64,000 nt of DNA from Camelus ferus (GCF_009834535.1 NC_045707.1:47618001-47682000); one strand, 5' to 3'; positions 24,370-37,302 are shown, counted from the stretch's first letter. The notes: a model not told the origin generated them from the sequence alone. Made by a program: numbers and translations.

Positions 24370-25284
24370 CTTTAGTGGGGGGAAAAGGTCTAATTTATAG
24401 ATGTTGGCCTTGTGATAACCTCTTCATTAGTCTTTAATCCTCTCATATTAGTCATATTAGAACATCACTTACTTAGAACTTTGAAAAATGACTCCACTTT
24501 CTCCCTTTACGCCATCGTCACGTTCAGCACCAAGCCCAAAACGCAGTATCAAGGGCATTTCTCTATTTTGCCAGCATGGAGCCAGCGTAAAATAGCCTGA
24601 ACTCCTGCCAAGGCTGTCTAGAAATGAATTATTTCACTTTAGGAAGAAAGAAAAATGAATAAAGTATTTTAGCTTTTGGTTTGTGGAAACGAAGGTCGGA
24701 CCTCATCTGTGAGTCCCCTCACGCACGCATGATGGTCAAACTGTCTCTCTTGGGGAATAATGATAATGGGATATTTGATACCCGTCCAAAAATTTCCAAC
24801 CTCTGGTTGTAACTTAAATAAGAAAATTAAGAGTCTACAAAAAGGTCACCAAGGATTATCAAATTGGGTGGCGGGGCTAAAAGACAGTGAAACCTCTGAA
24901 GAGGAAAGGGGACAGGGAGGCACTTTGGATAAGGAGGGGATACCATGGGGGAAAGGCAATCCTGAATGTTAGCTTCTCCTTCAAGACTTGGGACAACCAC
25001 CTTGCAAGCAAGGGTGGCCCTTCACTTCTCAGTGTGACACACAGATGTTCTCTCTTATCTACAGAGGGGCCAGTTTTTCTTGTGCTTGTGTCTCCTGCTG
25101 AGTTACTTGATCAGGGAAGATCTTGGTGGGGGAGAAAGCCACCTGGGATGTGCCCCATACAAAGTCTAAAGCCTGACAGATTCTTTTTGTGCCATGAGTA
25201 TCTAGATCTAAGGCTGCAAGCTGTAGAGTTTTGACTGGCCTTCTAGCTTAAAAAAATTTCAACATTAAAAATTAGGAGATTTTA

Positions 25285-25626
25285 CAGACATAGATAAATG
25301 GAACAGGATAGATAGCCCAGAAATAAACCCAGGCACTTACGGTCAATTTATGACAAAGGAGGCAAGAATATACAATGGAGAAAAGACAGTCTCTTCAATA
25401 AACGGTGCTAAGAAAACTGGACAGCTACGTGTAAAAGAATGAAATTAGAAATTCTCTAACACCATATACAAAAACAAACTCAAAATGGATTAAAGGACTA
25501 AATGTAAGACTGGATACTATAAAACTCCGAGAGGAAAACATTCTTTGACATAAATTGCAGCACTATTTTTTTGTATCTGTCTTTTAGAGTAATAGAAACA
25601 AAAGCAAAAATAAACAAATGGGATCT
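25285..25626 (+). mobile_element. Internal L1 ORF2 fragment with a 17-bp TSD and no 3' UTR or poly(A)
   Basis: Homologous to ~13050-13407 of the long L1; aaaattaggagatttta at 25268-25284 and 25627-25643. Confidence 0.92.
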
Positions 25627-25859
25627 AAAATTAGGAGATTTTATAGAAAAGTTTGAATTGCAAGTTTTTTTTTTGGTTTGTGTGTTTTTTCTTTAACCAT
25701 CTAGACTAGATCTGAGGACAGGCTGACTGTTTCAGATAGGACAGCAGTGTCCAGTTCACCATACTCTCTGCTTCTCCCACAGTCTCCCTGACACAAGCTA
25801 ATGTTGGTTCTTATTTATCTTTGTGCTTGTAAAGTTTTATTTCTTCTACCATAACCACA

Positions 25860-26245
25860 AATAATGGCCCCAAACTGGAAACAACCCCAATGTCTATCAT
25901 CAATAAATGCATTGATGTATTAAACTCTGAAAGTGAAGGAACAGTTGTTCTAGTCCCAAACATGATGTTCAGTGAAAGAAGCCAGACTGTATGTTTCCAT
26001 TTATAAAAATGACAAGAATGGGCTAAGTTAATCGATAGTGTTAGAAGTTAGCTTGGTGGTTTTTAATCTTTTGGGAGAGGCAGTAACTGTGAGTCAGGAC
26101 TGTGGCTTCTGGGATGCTTTTATATGTTCAATTTCCTGACCTGTGTGCTGGCACCCAAGTGTGTTGTCTTTGTGGAAATTTGTTCACTGGTATACTTACA
26201 TCGTGTGCACTTTTCTGTTTATGTGTACTTTGCTTGAGTAAGAAT
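25860..26245 (+). mobile_element. Old L1M (L1ME-like) 3' region
   Basis: ccccaaactggaaacaaccccaatgtctatc...gtgaaagaagccagac...ggcttctgggatgct...gtgcacttttctgtttatgtgt. Confidence 0.75.
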
Positions 26246-26489
26246 ATACTTGAAAGAGTGTCTGTGCTAACAGATTGTATCCTGGTTTGCTTACTTGTTT
26301 ACGTGTTTGCTGGCCAATACAGGTCTTCAAATTGGCAAATTTCTAAAAAAAATACTATTTTTCTTGTGTTTGAAAAGAGGTATGATTTTCATTTGAGCTA
26401 CTTTTTAGGTTTTAGGGTTATAAAAATACAATGCAACCATATTTAAAATGATTAATTTCAATGCCTCTAGATATGTCTTAACATCTTTG

Positions 26490-27560
26490 AGTTCTTTACT
26501 TAAGAAGGTTTTCTAGACAGTACATAGTCTGAGCTGTTTCATATCTGAAAATGTCTTTATTTTGCTTTCACATATGAATGCTGGATATAGAATTTTTGCA
26601 TCACAATATATTCCTATGAAAGTCTAGACATTTTTATAAGATTCAGTCAGCAGTATTTGAGATTGGAGGCCAATAGAATATTTGCTTTTTGGTGGGTACT
26701 TTAAATTTTATTCTAAAAAATTTCTTTGTGATGTATAATTTAACTATTAAATTTGTTTCTATATTTTCTCTTTTTTTTAAAAATGGATTGTTCATACTTG
26801 AAGCTAGAGATGCTTAACCAGCACATATCAAAGTGGATTCAGTTTTGCCTAGGATCTGGTGTGCCTTCTCAGTTACTTAAATACTTTTCCCAAATAAGAA
26901 ATATTTTCTGTATTATTTGACAATTCTTTCTCTCTTGTTGTTGTCTTTCTTTAGGGGACATCTGTTGTTATTTCATGACTCTGATATTTCATCTTTTCTC
27001 TACATTATTTTCATTGCTTTTACCTTCTCCCTTGTCATCAGGAATAATATCTTGACATCATTTACTATTTGCTTGTTCCATTTTCTTCAGAGTCCAGACT
27101 GCTTTCAACTGCTTCTCTAGTGACTTTAACATCAATTTTGCTTTTAAGATTAAGAGGATGATTCCACTGCAATTCTTTTTTATTGCATATGTTTCCTTTT
27201 TCATGATGACAGATTCTAGGGTCTTGAATCATGTTGAAATATGAATTAATCAATGTGTCATAAACTGAAGTATATGATACACTCAGCTATATACTTGTGG
27301 TCTAAAAATTAAAGTCAAAGAATCTTGAATCAGATAATTTCTAATTTTTCTGTTTCTTAAAATAATAGTTTCAAAGAAAGGTAGCTCTACTGAGCCACCT
27401 TAGAATTTTTTACCTTAGTCTTATGATCTGTAGACTATTTTACTGGGCTCTGTAGTTATCCTATTTGCAGTTCTTATAGAGGGATGTATTTACTTGCTTG
27501 CTGTTGAGTTATGGCCAAGAAAGTGTTGGTCTGGGTTCTGATAATGTGTGGGTGTGTGAC
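26490..27560 (-). mobile_element. Highly decayed L1/HAL1 ORF1-region fragment
   Basis: tctgaaaatgtctttattttgc...gctggatatagaatt motif and long T-rich antisense composition. Confidence 0.55.
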
Positions 27561-27610
27561 AGGGTATCTCAATTAGAATTTGTTTGAAGGAAGAAATGAT
27601 AAAAATAAAT

Positions 27611-27671
27611 TAAATCAATAAAAAATGTTAAAAAAAAAAAAAAGAAAGAAAAGAAACACACATGGAGAAAA
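27611..27671 (+). mobile_element. Extremely 5'-truncated young L1 3' terminus plus A-rich tail
   Basis: taaatcaataaaaaatgtt(A)n is the exact reverse complement of the L1 end at ~63594-63625; aaattaaatca repeated at 27607-27617 and 27672-27682. Confidence 0.65.
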
Positions 27672-28019
27672 AAATTAAATCACCAGATCGTTTGCTCAGT
27701 GATTTTTAAGACTAAGAGGTTTGGAGAAAGATCTAGAGTCACAGCTGTAGTCACAACCAGCTCTTTGTGCTGTTGCACAAATGCAGGGCAGAACAGCTCC
27801 CCATCATGCTCAGTCTCCTCTTGTTGAAACTTTTTGTCAAGAAAAAGTCTGGGGCCTTCCAACGCAGGTAACTGCTGCAGCCCTAGCGCTATTTATCAGC
27901 TGAGATGAGAGGGTCATAAGGGCTGGGCTTCCCAATGAGTTCCCAGTGGCCTCCTTTCTGAGTCTCAGGACAAAACCAATCTCACCTTTTTTAGTTGGGG
28001 TTCCAGTAGATTTTTGCTA

Positions 28020-28364
28020 ATAGCCTCCCTGGATTCAAGACCTGTTCCCTTTTCCAAAGAGTTATGACTTCCATTTGGGGTTTATGTGTTTCTGTCATGC
28101 TTATGACATGCCCACCTTGAAGGGTGGAACACATGATCTTGGCTAAGCCAAATATGCATTCCACCCCCCCCCACCCCCGCCTGCAAGGATTATTTAGAAG
28201 ATGGTTGTAAGCTAAGCCAGTCCAATCAATGTGACCTTCAGGAATTTTGTTGACAGTACTACGCAAAGACTCTCTTTCCTGATTGATGTGAAAAAGGAGG
28301 CATGAGGCACTGGTACTGTTGACAGCAGTTTTGAGACCATAGGGGTGGAGCAGCTGGGATATTT

Positions 28365-28403
<39 letters not shown>

Positions 28404-28430
28404 GACACCAAGGCAGGGAGAGTGGAGTAA
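28020..28430 (+). mobile_element. Old MaLR LTR (MLT1K/L-like) containing a (TA)n tract
   Basis: cacatgatcttggctaagccaa...ccaatcaatgtgaccttcaggaattttgttga pattern. Confidence 0.5.
28368..28401. repeat. (AT)n microsatellite
   Basis: Uninterrupted AT dinucleotide run. Confidence 0.95.
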
Positions 28431-28819
28431 GAAAAAAAACAAACAAAACCAGGCTTTAGGGACAGCATTGAATAACTAAACCAGTGTTCGTTGGACTCCG
28501 GAAAGACATTCCGCTGCATTTACTTTTTCTCAAGTTATTTAATTGTTAATCTACTTTGAGTCATGCTTTCTTTGCTTGCATACAAATGGATCCTCAATGG
28601 TATAGAGTTGTCATTGGGAGTCTATTATTTCCTCTTCCTACCATCTAGAAACATTGTTCTCAGGAAGATGGCAGCTTTCATCATCTTTCTTTGATCCAGA
28701 ACTTCTTTGACTGTATCTGGAAAATAAACTTCTGTAGATATGTGATCTGTAGGTGGCACCAGTCCTTGATTTCCAGTGGTTATGCAGATGTGTACAAATA
28801 TGATTGTTTTGTTGGTCAC

Positions 28820-29128
28820 TGTATTTTCTATTACTGCATAACAGATTACCATACATTTAGTGGCTCAAAACAACCAACATTGATTATCTCAAGTTGCTGT
28901 GGATTAGGAGTCCGGGCACAGTTTATCTGAATCTTCTGCTCACTGTCTCACAAGGCTGCAATCAAAGTATTGGCTGGGCTGCATTCCTTTCTGGAGTTCA
29001 GGGTCTTCTTCACATCACCTTGCCATATTCTATAGGTTAGAAGCAAATCACAAGTCCCACCTACACTCGAAGGGAGGGTGCTTACTCATGAGTGTGACTT
29101 GGGGGCACATTAGGCTGTGTCCACCACA
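28820..29128 (-). mobile_element. MaLR solo LTR (MLT1E/F-like)
   Basis: ctattactgcataacagattacca...tagtggctcaaaacaac...ctcacaaggctgcaatcaaag...gttagaagcaaatcacaagtcc...ccaccaca. Confidence 0.85.
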
Positions 29129-30739
29129 ATCATTTTAATAGTTATTTAGTGTTTTTATAATTGGTATGTGGCTATGTCCCCCACCTTTTGAGCTGTATCT
29201 TTCTTTTACTATTTGACATCAGGTTGGCCTGAAAAGTAGTTTTAGTGTTTTTGGGAGAGAGAAACCAGTGTGGAAAAGTGGAAATAAACCAAGCAACTGA
29301 ACATTTTAGAAACCCATGAAGAAGGCATAGCTAAGGTTTCATAATTCCTTAGGCTGCTCTGGCTCTGTAGCAGCCCACCTGTGTTTGCCAAGACCCAACG
29401 GAAGCACTGTGGGGTGTATTTCTTCTGTTCAATTTTAGTGTGGGCTGCTTTGAATTTTACTTTGACGTTCAACAGGGTCTTACAGTAATGCTCAAATGTG
29501 AATGAATTTGCCCTGATGATAACTAAACTAGCAGCAAATCACCTACTGGAAAGTGTGGAGTTGAGATTTAGGTGTGAAATTCAAAGCTGCTGCTGATTTA
29601 CCCAGCACATTTCATCCAGCTCAACCCAGCCAGCTGTTAGTGATGACATTTTTCAAGTGACCGGGTTTGCCTCCCTTGTCAGAATTCTAGCTGTGAAGAA
29701 GTTAATGACTGCAACAACAACCTTGGAAATGAGTTTTAAAAGCCCCATGTTGAGGGGAGACGAGCCTGTGAATTTTATTTTTAAATGTAGTAAAGCTAGA
29801 ACAGATAATTTGGCTGAAAATTATCTTGTTCCTGGTTCTTCTTTATGATTTAGGAGCAATTGTAAGATTTCATCCACTTCCCTATATCTCTGTCCCCACA
29901 TCATAATTCTGCCATGATTATGTCAAAATTATCTCCACAGTAGCCAATTGTGGTGTTACAAACAGAGAATTAAGACTTCAGGTGGTGAATAAGCAGAACA
30001 GTGGGAGCCCTAGAAACGGAGAGGCATAAACCTTCTGCTCTTCTGATAATTGTTCCTGAAGACTGCAGAGTTAGGGGAGAGAGAAAACATGGCTGGTTAT
30101 ATAAGCCAGAATTATTTCTAAATGGAAGAAAGGTGGATCCAATTTTCTCAAATGACACTCATGAATTGTTATCAAGCAGAGGAACTCTGTGAGATAGGTT
30201 ATATTACTGTCACATTATATACGGATGTGAAGTTTTTTTCAAAATGTAGTACGTACTATTTCCTATACCACCTACAGTCATTATATAAACAGAGAATCAT
30301 CTTTAAACTTTTATGACCAAAAAAGCGCTTTGCCTGATTTTATTTTCTTTGCATGCCAGAACATTTCTCAGGTTATTGTCCAAAGGATTATAATAATCTG
30401 AAACTGATTTGTGTGTGCAATAGCCTGGTGGTGGGTGCATTTATTGAGAAATAATCAGTGTATGAGGCTGATTATATTCCATTAGAAAGTTAAAAAATTA
30501 CTCACAATTAATTGGTTTTATTTCTTTTGGTAGAGGTTGCTGTATTTGGTGGCTGTGCATTTTGTTCAACCCTAGGAGTGCCCTTTGTGCATGAGATGCA
30601 GCATCTCACAGGATCAACAGATTAACTCAGGAAAGATTTCAGGGATCCATATGGTTCTGTAAGGGAAAAAAAATCAATACTTTATATTCTTATTTTTTGT
30701 TTTTCATAGATAAGGAGATTTTAAAAAATATATAGTATA

Positions 30740-31185
30740 CTTTGAGATTTTTCTTGTTTCCTGAGGAAAATGTGTATTACTGTGAACTTTCATCTTAGAA
30801 TTGCTTTTGCTGCATCCCATAGGTTTTGGATCATCATGTTTTCATTTTCATTTGTTTCTAGGTATTTTTTGATTTCCACTTTGATTTCTTCAGTGATCCA
30901 TTGGCTGTTTAGTAGCATATTGTTTAGCCTCCATGTGTTTGTGTTTTTTGCAGTTTTTTCCTTGTGGTTGATTTCTAATCTCATAGCATAGTAGATAATT
31001 TTATATATATATATATGTATGTATATATTTTTACTGTTTTAAGTTGCTGATCTCTTAATTTCAAGTGTATTTTAAAAACCCTGCATTTGTACTCTCCTCC
31101 CCTCACAGTTCCTATTTGTTGATATAATAGTTTACATCTAGTTGTTTTGTGTATCTCTTAACAGCTTATTGTGGATATAGATGAG
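30740..31185 (-). mobile_element. Composite L1 fragment (ORF2 endonuclease end plus inter-ORF region) between 15-bp direct repeats
   Basis: ORF 30790-30984(-) encodes WRLNNMLLNSQWITEEIKVEIKKYLETNEN...QNLWDAAKAILR (L1 ORF2); aaaatatatagtata at 30725-30739 and 31186-31200. Confidence 0.9.
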
Positions 31186-31334
31186 AAAATATATAGTATA
31201 ATTTTAACATTGTATCTGACAAAGATTCTTCTGCTGTCTTTCTGGGCAAGAGGGGAAGTGTGCGTTAAATTGGAATTCAGGTAGGTTAATGGGGGTCAGC
31301 ACTACCCCATAAGGGCTCATGATGGTACATGTAG

Positions 31335-31540
31335 AAGGACAGGCTGCTTTGGGCCTGTGTTGATCAACATTTTTATCAATGTTTGATAGAATAGAAGTCC
31401 TGTTTATCAAATTTGTGGATGCCGCAGTGATAGATGGCATCCATACACTACTACTGTGTTTAACTCTCATGTAAAGCCGTACTGTAAAGAACATATGAAT
31501 AATGTCTTGACATTTATCAGGACAGAGCCCTCATATTCTT
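31335..31540 (+). mobile_element. L3/CR1 LINE reverse transcriptase remnant
   Basis: 31351-31380 translates GPVLINIFIN and, after a 1-nt shift, FDRIEVLFIKFVDA, matching the CR1 motif GPVLFNIFINDLD...IKFADD. Confidence 0.75.
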
Positions 31541-33579
31541 TGTTTCTGGTATTATTTCAAATGAACTCTTGCTATTCAAGATGTGATTAAATTTCAAAAT
31601 GCTAAGGTCCAGTATTTAAGCACCAGTTTGACTTTCTCATCAGCAGAACCATGTCTTTGAGTAGGAAAGATTTAAAAGCAATTTTAATTCAAGCTATTCA
31701 CAGAGTATGGCTAGATTTGCTAAGTTTTGTTACATTTTGGTTCTATGTACTCCTTCCTGACATTAGCATTGTCTCCCCAGAGATTAGGAAAATGGAAGCA
31801 TCCTTCACTCATTGTTCCTACATGTTTTGCTTGGTTCTAAATGTGGTTTTACTTCATTGTTTTTCAAACACAGTTGTCTCATTAGAAGGTCCATGGCTGT
31901 GTTATCCTGGGCTCATTATAAATATATTTTTTCTCACATTTTAATTTTTTTTAGATTCTAGATGCCCTTGGTCAAAACTCCTGTGAGTGCTTTTTTTCTT
32001 TCCCACGGTTTTGCCTTCAGCAAAATCAGTCTCAGAAATTTCCAACTAGCAGAGAACAAAAAGAAAAGTCACAGAAAATATGGAGGGTGACCATATCTAC
32101 TCCACTTCATACAAGCTTCTCAGGGGACCTAACTTCTTAGTCTCTACAGGAAACAGAGACTCAAAAACTGGGAGGAAGGTACAGAGTCACCAGTGCAAAG
32201 CCCTTTGCTTTTCAGCCACAGAAACAAAGCCCAGAGAGATTAAAGGACTTGCCCAAGATAATTTAGCTTCTAATGCGATGCTGATATTAAAATCTAGGTC
32301 AGTGCTCTTTCCAAAACCCATTACTGACCAAGGCCTTGTAATAAAGGCACTCAGAGTAATACTGAGGAGGATGACACCACCGTTTACATTTTGTGACTTG
32401 TTCCTTCGTTGATTAACCTTTAAGGAATCCTGATTTTTACCTTGACGCTTCAGGTCATGGCGAGATATCTAAGGACTTTATAACCGTTATCTGTGACATC
32501 AGAGAACTTAATGTCAACATTTATTCTGGTGGCTTTGTCTTTGATCCTTTTTAAAGAATTTTTTATTATGTAAAGTTCTGAGCAACACAGATTATTCTAT
32601 CAGAACTGGAGAATTGTCTCAGTATCCAGTGTTATGTAAGTCCTCAGCACCTGGCAAGCTAAAGAAATAGTGAGAAACAGTGGCTTTTGGTGTGTGAAAG
32701 CAAAAGGAAGGTGCAGTGATAAAATATTTCTATTTTATGTATTTGTTTATTTATTAAATATGTGAATTTATTTGCTCATTTAAAAAATTTGATCTTACTT
32801 CTCCACTTCTTTCATTATCTCTGAGATTTGGCTCCAATAAGCTTACTGCAACTTGTTCTGATTCTAATATTTGGCTCATTTGCTGCAGTACTTGCTAATC
32901 AAATTGTGCCCCTAAAATATACCAGTAAAAGCCTATTTGAAGGCATGTTTAGTTTATACTTTGCTTGTCTGCTTTACCCTTTTCATTATGCTCCAGTGTT
33001 ATTATGAGTTCCTTCCATATTGGAGGTCAAGTTGTACTGAAGTTAACATACTAGTAATTAACTAAATCAGTTTAATAAGCATTTAAATAATGATAAAAAC
33101 AATAACGACAATAGTAACAGCACAATTATATAATTCTTACTTTGTGCCAGGATTTAAAGGCAAAAAGATGAGTAAGACACAGGCATTGCTGATTTGCAGA
33201 CCTGGGTCGCATTTATCTTTCCCTTCCTTCTAGCATCTGGTCTCATTCCTGTTTGCAGCAGAAGTGGAATTTGGCTAAGCAGAGAGGAGGCAGAAGGCAT
33301 TTTTAATAAAACTTGCAGTCGAGTGTGAATAGGGTATGTAGGGGAAGGACTTGGGCATGAAGTGGTGACTGAGCAGAAGGGTTACACTGCTAAGAAAGAT
33401 TTAACAGAGGTAGAATCCGTCATCTCTCTTCATTAAGGCAGGATGAGGCAGCACCCCAAGGTGGTTTATGTAAGAATCCTGATGCCCAGGAGAGCACAGC
33501 AGGAGAGAGCCAGACATAGCATTTCAGCACAACTCCCAACATCTTGGAGTAAGAAGAAGAAGATGCTGTTGTGATGATG

Positions 33580-33810
33580 ATGATAGCATTCATTTATTGA
33601 GCATTTAATGTGTGCCAGGTACTTTCCATACATTATCTCTTTGAATCGGTTTGCCGGAGACTCAGACCCTTAATCTGGGCTGCAGTTGCATTTTGTTTGG
33701 TCCTCATAGAAAGGTTAATTGACTTCCTTGAGGTCACACAGCTAGTAAATAGCAGAACCAGGTTTAATCCCACATCTGTCCAACTGCAAAGTCAATGCCC
33801 AAATAGTCTG
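33580..33810 (-). mobile_element. MIR SINE
   Basis: catttattgagcatttaatgtgtgccaggtac...aggtcacacagctagtaaatagcagaaccagg. Confidence 0.75.
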
Positions 33811-36344
33811 GGTACAAATAGCCAGACTGCCCTCCCTCCCTAAATATTCTCCCTTAAGACACCTTTGTAATTGGCTGCTCTTGGTCAAAGTCTATTCACA
33901 GTTGGGAGTGAGGTCCCCTTTTCTATTTTATATCAGAGGAAAACTATCAATGGCAAAGTTTTAATTAGTAGATAATCAAAATTGTTTATAGACAACACAG
34001 CAGACATAAGACATAAGACAGTCCCCTGCTTTCCACCTTTTGGTCACATCACAGTTAAGGAGCTTCCTAAAGAGTCAGAGAAATGGTCTGGAGAAATCTT
34101 GAACCTGAACTCTGTGGTCTTCCTTTGTTCTGCATACACATTTCTTTACTATTGTGGTGAGTTATTTCTGTGCTGATAAATGATCTTCTATATTTCTTGT
34201 CTCCACACCGAGATTATAAGATAATTTCCTGCTCAAAAATAGCTTCCTATTTCCTATTGAATGAAATCAGGATCTCTTCCAACCTCCACACTCTGGCTCC
34301 AGTGTGCTTTCCCAATCTTTTTTCCCATTTCTATCTCTTTAATCCTGAGTCCTGTAACAAGCATTTTCCCCTGACATATACCTGTACCTCTTCTATGCCC
34401 TTGCTGTCCCCTTTGCCTGGAATGTCCTTCTTAAATCCAACCTTCTCACTTAAGATTTCATCAATATCTATAATGCGAAGTAATCCTGTTCTTTCGGTCT
34501 GAAAACTTTATTTTATCTTCTTGGGCTTATTGGATCAACCTTGTAATAATACAGTTGTAGCAAGGTATTTGTGGATTCTTTTAACAGCTGGCTCTGAAAT
34601 AACTCTTAGCGAAGTAAACACATTGATATATTGATAAGGTACGTGTAGGAAAAAATGGCACTGGCTTCAGCAGGAGCCAAGAAGGCAAAGGTGATGGTTA
34701 TACTCTTTTGAAGGAGATAATGATATTAATGTCTTTGAGCTTTTGAGGAGGAAAATGGAAGGAGAGAGAGGACGGAGGAGTGTATATGTGAGTGTGCAGT
34801 TAGAAGAAGCCAACCAGATATATGCTATGGCTGGGTTTACTCAGGGGTGAAGTGGCTGGTCAAAGCTCCTGGATGCTTAGTTGGCTAAAAGGCATCTTAA
34901 GAATAGAGAAATCTGAAGTCTAACCTAAATCTATAGTTTAGTTTGAAGTAGAATGCACCACTAAGTATTAACCTCTCCTTTGTAAACCTTCAGTAAACTC
35001 TGCTGTAACCAGAAATCTTTCTGGTGTATGGTCTTGCACGTTTGGGTGTGTATACATGCTTGCGAGAAAATATCAGAAGGGGCTGAGTTTCATGTCTCTG
35101 TGGCAGTGGTACCAAACGGAACCAGCACAGGCAGCAAAGCAGGAGCCTGGAGCCAGACATGGACACACCAGTGACCCACTGGAATTGGCAGAAATCTTGA
35201 GACTGGCATTGAACTTTGGAAGGCGGCTCAAGCCAATCTCATTTAGGTTCCAGGAAACAGTTATTTGTGTACTTACCGTATTTACTAAATGACGTACTCC
35301 TGGAAGATAGAGCTTATACCTGTTTTGTTCATCTAAAAGATCTTATGATGTAATATTAGTGATTATAATAAAAATAATGAAAGCAATGATACTTTTGCAT
35401 CATTGAAGACACACTGTAGGCATATTACATTCCATCTACTGAGCACTTGCAAATGATAGAAAGAGGCATGGACTCACAAGATCTAAATTTGATTTCCAGG
35501 GCTTCTATTTTTCTAATTACATAACTTCAAGCATTTTTTTTTCTAGGACTCCCTGATTTCACATCTACAAAATAGAGATATACCAGTTCTAACTCATAGC
35601 TTGTTGTGAAAATAAAATTTAGTTGTTCATTCAGCAAATATTATTGTGACCTTCTACATGTGGAGGTCTCCCTCCTCAGTCTTTCCTGTCTCCACTGCAG
35701 TTTCCCTGCTGTTTTTTCCCTAACCTTGAGGTCATGCTGTCATCCCTGTTGACATCACCCTGGATGATTTGGTTGTCTTAACCTTTGTCTTGATTGCTCT
35801 CCAGTCCAATGGTTGTCCCACAATGGTAGGGTAAGGGCTTTCATTTAAAAAAATTGAATTTTTTTTAAGCTTCCAGATCTAGTCAGCACACTATTACTTT
35901 CTCGCTATGCTCTTAAAGTTATGGTCCTTGTATTTTATCAACTATTAATACTTGATACAAAGTCTGGCTAAGCTGGGTGGAGAGAGAAGTTCAGTGACAC
36001 TGTCATATTAAACTCAAAGCTCCAACCGCTGTCTTGTGTCCCTGGAACTGCTCTGGTTCTCTTTTCTTGAAAGATGCATGCCTTCCCTTCCTGGCACAGT
36101 GCCCAGATTGGTTGGCATCTTTGTTCCTTTCTTCTTTGGGAGTCTGTCTTAGAGGACAACCATCAGCTATAACCTGCGATTGTTCTTGCATTCAGGACAG
36201 TCCTTGACATGCCTGATTCCGGAGTGGACACTGAGAATAGGCTTCTTTTAAGGAACCTTTTGCACTTAGGTATTTCTTTTCTCTTCAATCAAAGTGATCT
36301 CTGGTGTCAGAAAGCAGAGATAATTTTCAGGTGGGTCTGTGTTT

Positions 36345-36590
36345 TTCTTAGCAAACATTTGTTGAACACTTATTTTGCACTGGACATGTTGCTAAGCATT
36401 GCACAGGGATTATTTCAGTTAATTCTATATAAACCCTATGAAATAAGTACTCTTGGTGTCCTCATTTTATGCATTGTAACCAAAGCCTAGAGAAATTAAC
36501 TTACTTGCCCATAGTCACACAGTAAAGAGTAGATTTGGATTTGAACCCAAGTCCTCTGACTACAGAGGCCTTTAACCATTTTGTTCTTCT
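36345..36590 (-). mobile_element. MIR SINE
   Basis: ttacttgcccatagtcacacagtaa...ggatttgaacccaagtcctctgactacagag. Confidence 0.8.
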
Positions 36591-37302
36591 GCATGTGGCC
36601 CTGGGCTCTGGGCCTTTATCACAACTTTCCAGTGGGGTTGGATATGGAGTCGTCGGATTCAAGGCATCAGTGTGTGATAGTCTTATCATAGACTTGCCCA
36701 GGAATTCAGTCTGTTCCAAGGAGTGTTGCAGAGGATCAGGATGAAATCAGGAACTTCTGTGGAGACTTTAGGACAATCCAAGTAGGCCCTATGACATGCA
36801 GCCTCTGACTTTGTGGGCTTCTTGACCCCCAGTTCATGTGCCTTGAGTGTTGGGGCTGGGTCCTAGGTTTTGGCAAGCTCTGAGCTTGTGGTGAAGTGGA
36901 CAAGGCTAGGCTAACAGGGAGGGGTTCAGTTCTGTGGAGTAACAGAGTCCTCTTGGAGACGGCCAGATTTCACCATTATATTGTTGTTGGTATGCAGCAG
37001 AGGAATTGCAGAGCCGACAAATCCTACAGAGCACCTGGTCCCAGCGCCCTCATTTAGCAGCTGTGCATAAGCAAGCACAATGTGCATCTGCACTGCATCG
37101 CTTCCTTGTTAATGGTAACCTGGCTGGCTGTTTTTCCATCTCATTTGCATAGATGGCTCTAATAAGACTAAAATGACACCACGTGGAAACATTGTGAGGA
37201 AAGGGTCAGTCTGGCCACAGTTTCCTACACAATGCTTGTTTCTGGAATGTGCAAATGTGATCCCTAAAGCATGAAAGTCAGTGCTTCATTTACCTTGTGA
37301 AT

